Below are positions 58,501 to 64,000 of a stretch of DNA of 64,000 bases, piece by piece. The stretch's first letter is position 1, and each line of letters begins with the position of its first letter. A program made the translations under genes and the position numbers. The stretch lies in assembly GCA_965644315.1 (NCBI GenBank), contig CBFFRQ010000068.1:372001-436000 (forward strand). The letters are read 5' to 3'. This DNA is from Caecitellus pseudoparvulus (taxonomy: Eukaryota > Protista > Bigyra: Bicosoecida). The notes below the pieces were generated by a model. It was not told the DNA's origin and searched no databases. It saw only the letters and a program-made list of their open reading frames with translations.

Positions 58501-59552
58501 GAAAAGAGGAGACACCGACCCAGACCTCTGTCACGCCCCCTGGAAGCAAGGTAAACAGATCCTCTTGTCCCACAATGCTCTCGTCTGGCACTGCCAGCAC
58601 CATGCCCAGGCTCTCACAGCCATCCTGAGCCTCCTTCCACGTGCCGGGATGCGGCAAGGCCTGCAGGATGTCCCCCACGGCGACGCTGCTTGGCATCTCA
58701 CATAGCGGCCTGTACAGCTGGTCACACACTGTGGAGAAGCGGGGGAGGCTCTGCTGCGACGAGGAGCGCAGCACAATCACGAGTGACTCACAGTGATCCC
58801 ACATTGCTCCGTCGCTGCGCAAGCGAATGCAGTTTTCTGCGGCACCTCCAGGACCAAGAATCATGTCGGGGTCAGACAGAACAGCACCCGGGATCGGCGT
58901 CCCGTCACCCCACCGGTGGACGTTATCTGCGACAGGACACAATGTGCGGAGGTTGCGGAACGGTGCCTAGATGCTGAATCACGCAGCGCGCAGGAAACGA
59001 CACACCTGCATCTAAAAAGGCTGAAGTCCAGTACTGTTCTCCTGGGGCCACACCGGCAGCGGTCTGGATGTCTGACACCTCGTTGAAGTTTGAGATGGAA
59101 AAGAGCCCAGCCATTGGGTGCTGTGATCTGCAGTACTCCTCCGCCGCTGCGTGCTCCATACTAGTGCTCCCTGCATGGAAGCAGCGGCCCGCCGCATTCC
59201 CAGCACCAGCACTGAATGGGGAAGGGCACCCTGTAATCGGAAGGACGCCAGCTAGTTTCCGACTGCGCCGCTCTACTGCTGTGCCTGGGGGGCAAAGGGA
59301 AGGCCGTGGGTGACGTGATGCAGCACTTTGGCGTGGCGACGCAAGCGCGCCAGAAGACGCCCTCGCAAACGGAACTCGAAAGAAACCCATAATACCAAAC
59401 TCCGCACCAGCCTGTGACCATTGGCCCTGGTCAAGTCACTCACTCTGTGCTTGGCTTGCGTCTGCTCGTGCAGGTCGCGCTGCGACAAGCTGGCAATCGA
59501 CGAGCACAAGAAGCAGCCCCAGCAGCACAGCGAGCTCAAGAAGGTTACTCAT
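46517..59552 (-). CDS. Giant multi-lectin membrane receptor (signal peptide, 14 CTLDs, Thr-rich stalk, Sushi-like, FN3-like, IPT-like, Cys-rich, ~9 TM); ~4244 aa
   Basis: Exons 59552-59444 (signal peptide MSNLLELAVLLGLLLVLV), 59284-59006, 58926-58792 and 58728-46517. Fourteen C-x-GW..C..A...C..W(V/I)G..C..C repeats. Same CAFGAGDDC/CPGGYRRWPKPGYW/QVGKAASPGLPPYL blocks as the gene at 23574-29213. Confidence 0.88.
52572..53070. repeat. Coding Thr/Ser stalk repeats: (TPSNTASV)6 at 52572-52715 followed by TASQTASV/TASQTMTGTPSV units
   Basis: 24- and 36-bp degenerate tandem units, visible in both DNA and translation. Confidence 0.9.
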
Positions 59553-59886
59553 GGCGCCTGTTCGCAAAGGGGGCATGCTGGCGCGCAGTGGCAGCTCAGG
59601 GCGCCACGGAGCCCCTGCGAGCCGCAGCTCCTTCAGCGCCGTGTTGCGGCAGTGCAGCTGAGCCTCCACCAACGTTACCGCGCCCAGAACGATGCGTGAC
59701 TAGGAAGAAGAAACCTAACTATCCCAAGTCTGCTTTCAACTGCATTTTGTTTCGTTTCCTTTCGGTTTTATCACAGATTGCCCATTGCTTTGGCTTGCAC
59801 TCTTGTTGAGCATCAAATTTGACGAGCCCTCGCATGGCCCCAGCCAATGCAAGTGGGAGTCAAGACCCGAGCAACCTTCATGTCGA

Positions 59887-60810
59887 TCAAGCTTCAAGGG
59901 CCTTGCTGCTCTCTTCGCTAGCAGCAGCCGCAGCGTCTGTCGGGTTGAACGCAGAGGATCCGTAGGACGGGTAGAAGCCATCAGGGGCCATGCGGCCCAT
60001 CTTGGACAGCTCCACGCCCGTCGGGGAGGCAGACCCCCACACAGTGGCTGAGTGGTGGGCTTCAAGTACTTTTGCTACGTCTGAAAGAGGGGTGCCGGCG
60101 TCAGGCTGGGCTTCCGCTGACTCTGGCTGAGCGGCAGCAGCCTCCCGTCGTCTGCCACGTCGGCCGCCACCCCTGCCAGTCCCGCGGCCCGATCCCTGCC
60201 TGCGGCCACGCCCGCCTTGTGAGCCGGTGATGCTCTTGAAAATGGTGCAGTGGGCGGTCCACTTCTTGGTGAACAGGGCGTGTAGGTCGTCCAGCGCGTC
60301 AGGATCGGCGGAGGCGAGGTCTCCGGCCCGAGCCTGCAGTTCATCCCATGTGGGCCAGCCGCGGGGTGACCCGCCAGCCTTTACGCTGTGACCAACCTCC
60401 GTCAAGCCGGCGATGGTGAAACGTGTATGCAGCTTGCCCACCAAGGTGCGCAGGCGAGCCATGGCCTCATTCTCCACAGGCGTCGCGTAGAAGACCTTGC
60501 TGCCGAACCGGCCAGCCCCTTGCAGGTCAAGACGGCACGGGGCACCGGAAAAGGCAGCCTGGATATCGTCTGCTGCTGCTTCCAGAGTTTGCTGTGCCAA
60601 GGCGACGGATGCATCGTCCGGCAGGGCCAGGACAAACAGCGTGAAGTGAGCGGACTCCGGCTTGCAGGTGATGGCGGCCTTCAGCCCGGGATGCTCGACC
60701 AGTGCGGCTGCCTGGGCGTCCCTGATGGACGACACAATGCTTCGATCTGTGAGTCGCACCGAGAGGAAGAAGTTTACCCGCGGCTTGCGGCTGTCCCTTC
60801 GGGCTGCCAT
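59887..60810 (-). CDS. AKAP7-like 2H phosphoesterase (2',5'-PDE/RNA-ligase-like fold), 307 aa
   Basis: PRVNFFLSVRL, two HxT motifs (AHFTL, AHCTI), FGSKVFYA and VELSKM..DGFY. It has an RG-rich insertion after the second HxT. Confidence 0.85.
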   Translation of the reverse strand: MAARRDSRKPRVNFFLSVRLTDRSIVSSIRDAQAAALVEHPGLKAAITCKPESAHFTLFVLALPDDASVALAQQTLEAAADDIQAAFSGAPCRLDLQGAGRFGSKVFYATPVENEAMARLRTLVGKLHTRFTIAGLTEVGHSVKAGGSPRGWPTWDELQARAGDLASADPDALDDLHALFTKKWTAHCTIFKSITGSQGGRGRRQGSGRGTGRGGGRRGRRREAAAAQPESAEAQPDAGTPLSDVAKVLEAHHSATVWGSASPTGVELSKMGRMAPDGFYPSYGSSAFNPTDAAAAASEESSKALEA

Positions 60811-61045
60811 GCCGAACGGTTGGCGTGTTGGGAACTGCGGAAATTGGTTCCTGCTGGTGCTATCAAGCTGCGCTCTCTGCAGAAGATTGATTGGAAGGAT
60901 TCAGAGAGGTAAGAGAAGGCTGCGAACTCGACAAGCGGGTGGGGAACATATGGATGCCTGCCGGAAATGTGCACGGCGACGAAAAGACGAGTTGCGCGGG
61001 CAGAACTAGTGGAGAGCAGTGGGCGAACCAGGCCTTCCCGCAGGC

Positions 61046-62713
61046 TCACTGTCGGCGAGTGACAGGAAGCCCATCCCCCTCGGCTCCACTTGAAACGGAC
61101 AGCGCTGGGACTGCATACGCCTGTGGAGCAGCCAGCGCGAGGGTGTCGGGGATGAGCGGGGGCAGCGGCAGGAGTAAGCCGAAGCACTCATGTGCCACCA
61201 CCGCCAGTCCCCCTGCAGCCGGCCCCGCCTCAACCAAACGAGACACAGCAAGGCGGACGGCATGCAAGGGGGGCGCGTCATCACGAAGTGCCAAACCTTG
61301 CGCTTCTAGCGCTGAGGTGACTGCATCAGCTCGGAATAGCTGCGGAGAGGGCGGATCACGTGGGCCTATCGTGGTCTTCAGTCGCTGTGCGGCCGTAAGT
61401 GAGGCCGGGCTGCCCCAGGCAGCCTCCACCTCTTCCAGGCAGCGACACAGTGCAGCCCAGGCGTGGTGGCATGCTGTTCCATCGCCGCTGTGAGCTACAC
61501 CCCATAAAGCAGCGAGCACCAGGCAACGCAGCAGGAGGGCCCTGGCGGAGTCACCGTGCGCACATGCCTGTTTCGCAAGCAACGTCTGGTGCGCTGCATC
61601 GTGCTGCACGAGGGTTCCCAGCACGGCTGCCCACAGCGCAATGTGGCATGTCCCCGCCACGCCCGCCCGCACAAGCTGCTGCACCAGGCCAGCCTGCGCC
61701 TGCGCCTGCCCCTCAGCGCGGAGTCGCCCCAGCAGCCACACCACGAGACGGGAGGCAGCCACCCCGCCCTCACCACAGCCCAGTCTGCCCAGCACCCCCC
61801 CGACATCCCGCAGCGCCTTCCCAGCCGAGCCGGGAGTGGCCAGCACCCAAAGCGAGGCGAAGTGTGCTGCAACAGCCGCAGGCCACGAGCACAGGCCAGT
61901 CCCAGTGCCAGCCAGAGGGGCAGGGCTTACCCTTGATCCCTTGCGTTTGCGCCTCCGCCTGCTCTTGCTACCGCCCTGGCTCTCCGGCACTGGGTCGTCT
62001 GGCGTGGCCTGCGCCACCTGCGCCAGGTCGGGGTGAAGCACAGCAAGCCAGCCAGGCGGCGCGGGGGCTGTCGCCACGGGCGCTAGGAGGAGTGGCAAGC
62101 GCTGCAAGAGGTGCTTCCAGGCGCCTGCAAGTGCCTGCCGGGAGGTCGCCCGCAGGAGGGGGTGTCGGGCGCCCTGGTCTCCCTCTGCCAGGCATAGCGC
62201 ATGCAGGCGACGAGCCAAAGGCAGCAGCTGGCGCACAGTGGCTGTCGCGGCCTTGGCCTCCCGAGAGCTGCTGCTAGCACAGACGGACTCTGCATGCCGC
62301 AAGGCAGCGATGGTGGTGGCCAGGGGGGCGAGGGCGGACGCGGCACAGCCGCTGTCCACACACTGCAACAAGCTCGCAGCCAGGTGCAGTGGTGCAGGGA
62401 GAACCTTTGCCCAAGCACAGCCTTCGATGGCCGGGCAGGCGCACGCTGGAAGCAGGTGGGTGTATGCAGCGTCGAGCACTGCGCGGGTGCAACCCAGCCA
62501 GAAGATGTCCCGGGAAATGGCCACGGGCAGCTGGGCTGCGAGTGCAGCTGCGTCGGGACCAAGCAGCACTGTGCTCAGGAGAGGCACCCCCAGGCCACCG
62601 GAGGTGATCAATGCGCAGTACTCTGACGCGTGCTGCTGATGGGCACCTTGTATGAGGAACTCAGCCTCCTCACGGTCGCCAGAGTCAAAAGCTGCCGCCT
62701 CAGTGGCGGCCAT
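61046..62713 (-). CDS. Hypothetical Ala/Leu-rich helical protein (555 aa)
   Basis: Long ORF starting MAATEAAAF with a basic NLS-like KSRRRRKRK and GCGGAAATTG 18 nt upstream. No family recognised. Confidence 0.65.
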   Translation of the reverse strand: MAATEAAAFDSGDREEAEFLIQGAHQQHASEYCALITSGGLGVPLLSTVLLGPDAAALAAQLPVAISRDIFWLGCTRAVLDAAYTHLLPACACPAIEGCAWAKVLPAPLHLAASLLQCVDSGCAASALAPLATTIAALRHAESVCASSSSREAKAATATVRQLLPLARRLHALCLAEGDQGARHPLLRATSRQALAGAWKHLLQRLPLLLAPVATAPAPPGWLAVLHPDLAQVAQATPDDPVPESQGGSKSRRRRKRKGSRVSPAPLAGTGTGLCSWPAAVAAHFASLWVLATPGSAGKALRDVGGVLGRLGCGEGGVAASRLVVWLLGRLRAEGQAQAQAGLVQQLVRAGVAGTCHIALWAAVLGTLVQHDAAHQTLLAKQACAHGDSARALLLRCLVLAALWGVAHSGDGTACHHAWAALCRCLEEVEAAWGSPASLTAAQRLKTTIGPRDPPSPQLFRADAVTSALEAQGLALRDDAPPLHAVRLAVSRLVEAGPAAGGLAVVAHECFGLLLPLPPLIPDTLALAAPQAYAVPALSVSSGAEGDGLPVTRRQ

Positions 62714-62971
62714 GTTTGCTGGGCTGCTCGGCGGAAATTGCTCCAGTCAATTCGCGTACTAAAGGCGCACAATTTCAAAAGCAAAGTCAAAGAGTGGGAA
62801 CCAAATCTCCGATATATGACTTCTCTATGATTTGAAGTGATCCGTGCATCTGCCGCTTGGGACCCCGCAATACACGAGTTCGAGCGAGACAGAGCAGCTC
62901 GATTGCCCTGGGCTGCCTCTTCAGATGCAGGAGCTGCGAGCTTCCGGCAGAAGAAAATCAAACACCTCAGA

Positions 62972-64000
62972 ATGAACCTTCATGCTCTTCTCGTCTCCTT
63001 CCTTGCCGGAATCGCGACAGGTGCGGACGGCGCGCGAGCCGCCTGCACTGTGCATGCGGAAACTGGTTGCTTGCCAGCCCTTCCCTCGCAGGCGTTGGGG
63101 GGCTGTACGTGTTCTTCATTGGCAAGGCCCCGAGTGAGGCACAACTTTCGGTCGTCTTTGCCTTTGCAGCCGGCGTCATGATGTGTGTGTCCGTCTTTGA
63201 CGTCATGGTGCCCCAGTTGACAGACGCTGCCAGCCCAGCCGCTGTGCTCGGCACGCTCTGCAGCTGCTGTGCGGGAGTCGGGCTCGCTCTGCTCGCGGAG
63301 GCATGCTTGCCATCTGATGTTGAGGCGCTGGTTTCTTTCTTCGGCACTGCCCCAGAGCCCCACGCTGACGCCTCAGCTGATTCCCCCGACTTGGAGGGAG
63401 GCAGCCGGCTGCCCACTCCGCTCAGTTCCACCTCCCCCTCCGCGCCTGGGCCTCATCTACGCGCTGCTGCCGGCACAGGGCCCGCGTTCACAGCTCCAGA
63501 TGTGCCCTGCACGCCAGAAACCAAGAGCAAGGCTTCCGCCCACTCCTCCCACTGGCGCCTCGCAGCCATCATGTTCCTCACCCTCACCCTGCACAACCTG
63601 CCGGAAGGTGTGGCCGTGGCCCTGAGCTCCACCCAAGCAGGCGGTGTGGGGGCCTCCCTTGCCATCGCAGTGGCTGTGCACAACATCCCAGAGGGCCTCG
63701 CCATCAGCGTGCCCGTCCTGGCAGCCACTGGCAGTCCCTGGGCCGCCCTGGCCGCTAGCCTGGCCAGCGGCCTCACAGAGCCACTGGGGGCGTTGCTAAC
63801 CCTGTTGGCGCTACCAGGGCAGTCTGAGGCCCCAGTTGAGCCAGCGCAGTCAGCTGACTCCGCGGTGCGGTTCGTGCTCGCAGCTGTGGCTGGCGTCATG
63901 ATGGCCGTGACGTGCACCGAGCTCATCCCTGCTGCCTTGGCGAAGAAAGGGGTGCCCAGGGCGTATGCTGCCGCGGGATTTGTTGCGGGCGCTGTCGTGG
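62972..64000 (+). CDS. ZIP family metal transporter, ZupT/GufA-like (truncated by window end)
   Basis: Exon 1 62972-63020, intron 63021-63091. Motifs FAAGVMMCVS, LHNLPEG, AVHNIPEGLAISVP, SGLTEPLGA and AVAGVM. Confidence 0.92.

Noticed and set aside
1-64000. Prokaryotic operons, transposons, endogenous virus or virophage, rRNA and tRNA genes
   Set aside because: No transposase, reverse transcriptase, integrase, capsid, long low-GC island, terminal repeats or recognisable structural RNA motifs were seen. Genes are spliceosomal-intron-containing eukaryotic genes throughout.

Overview
Gene-dense, very GC-rich (roughly 70% by eye) nuclear DNA from a flagellated eukaryote. It has short GT-AG spliceosomal introns (mostly 63-85 nt, donors GTGCGN/GTGAGT, clustered at gene 5' ends), tiny intergenic spacers and five head-to-head gene pairs. 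A heterotrophic stramenopile-like protist is my inference, not shown by the sequence. I can build about 19 gene models: CFAP46 (giant, broken by apparent frameshifts in G/C homopolymers), a coiled-coil protein, TRM6, an EF-hand MscS-like channel, a small secreted protein, a JMJD5-like JmjC oxygenase, SmD3, RPS13, a TM/coiled-coil protein, ALG3, CFAP221, a LISK/TKL kinase, an ETNPPL/PHYKPL-type class III aminotransferase, a NAT8-like GNAT, an AKAP7-like 2H phosphoesterase, a hypothetical protein, a ZupT-like ZIP transporter, and two paralogous lectin-tipped multi-pass membrane receptors. The receptor pair is the most interesting system. Both share a TPSNTASV repeat stalk and a Cys-rich plus ~9-TM base, but one carries a single QPD/WND (galactose-type) C-type lectin domain and the other carries 14 CTLDs built as a 2x7 duplication ending in an EPN/WND (mannose-type) domain. 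Other notable items are a 301-nt structured intron, two C1d central-pair genes in one locus, a candidate promoter motif (GCGGAAATTG), and DNA-level motifs and G/C-run hairpins written through the coding sequence. No rRNA, tRNA, CRISPR array or mobile element was recognised. All gene models were read by eye and have no RNA support.
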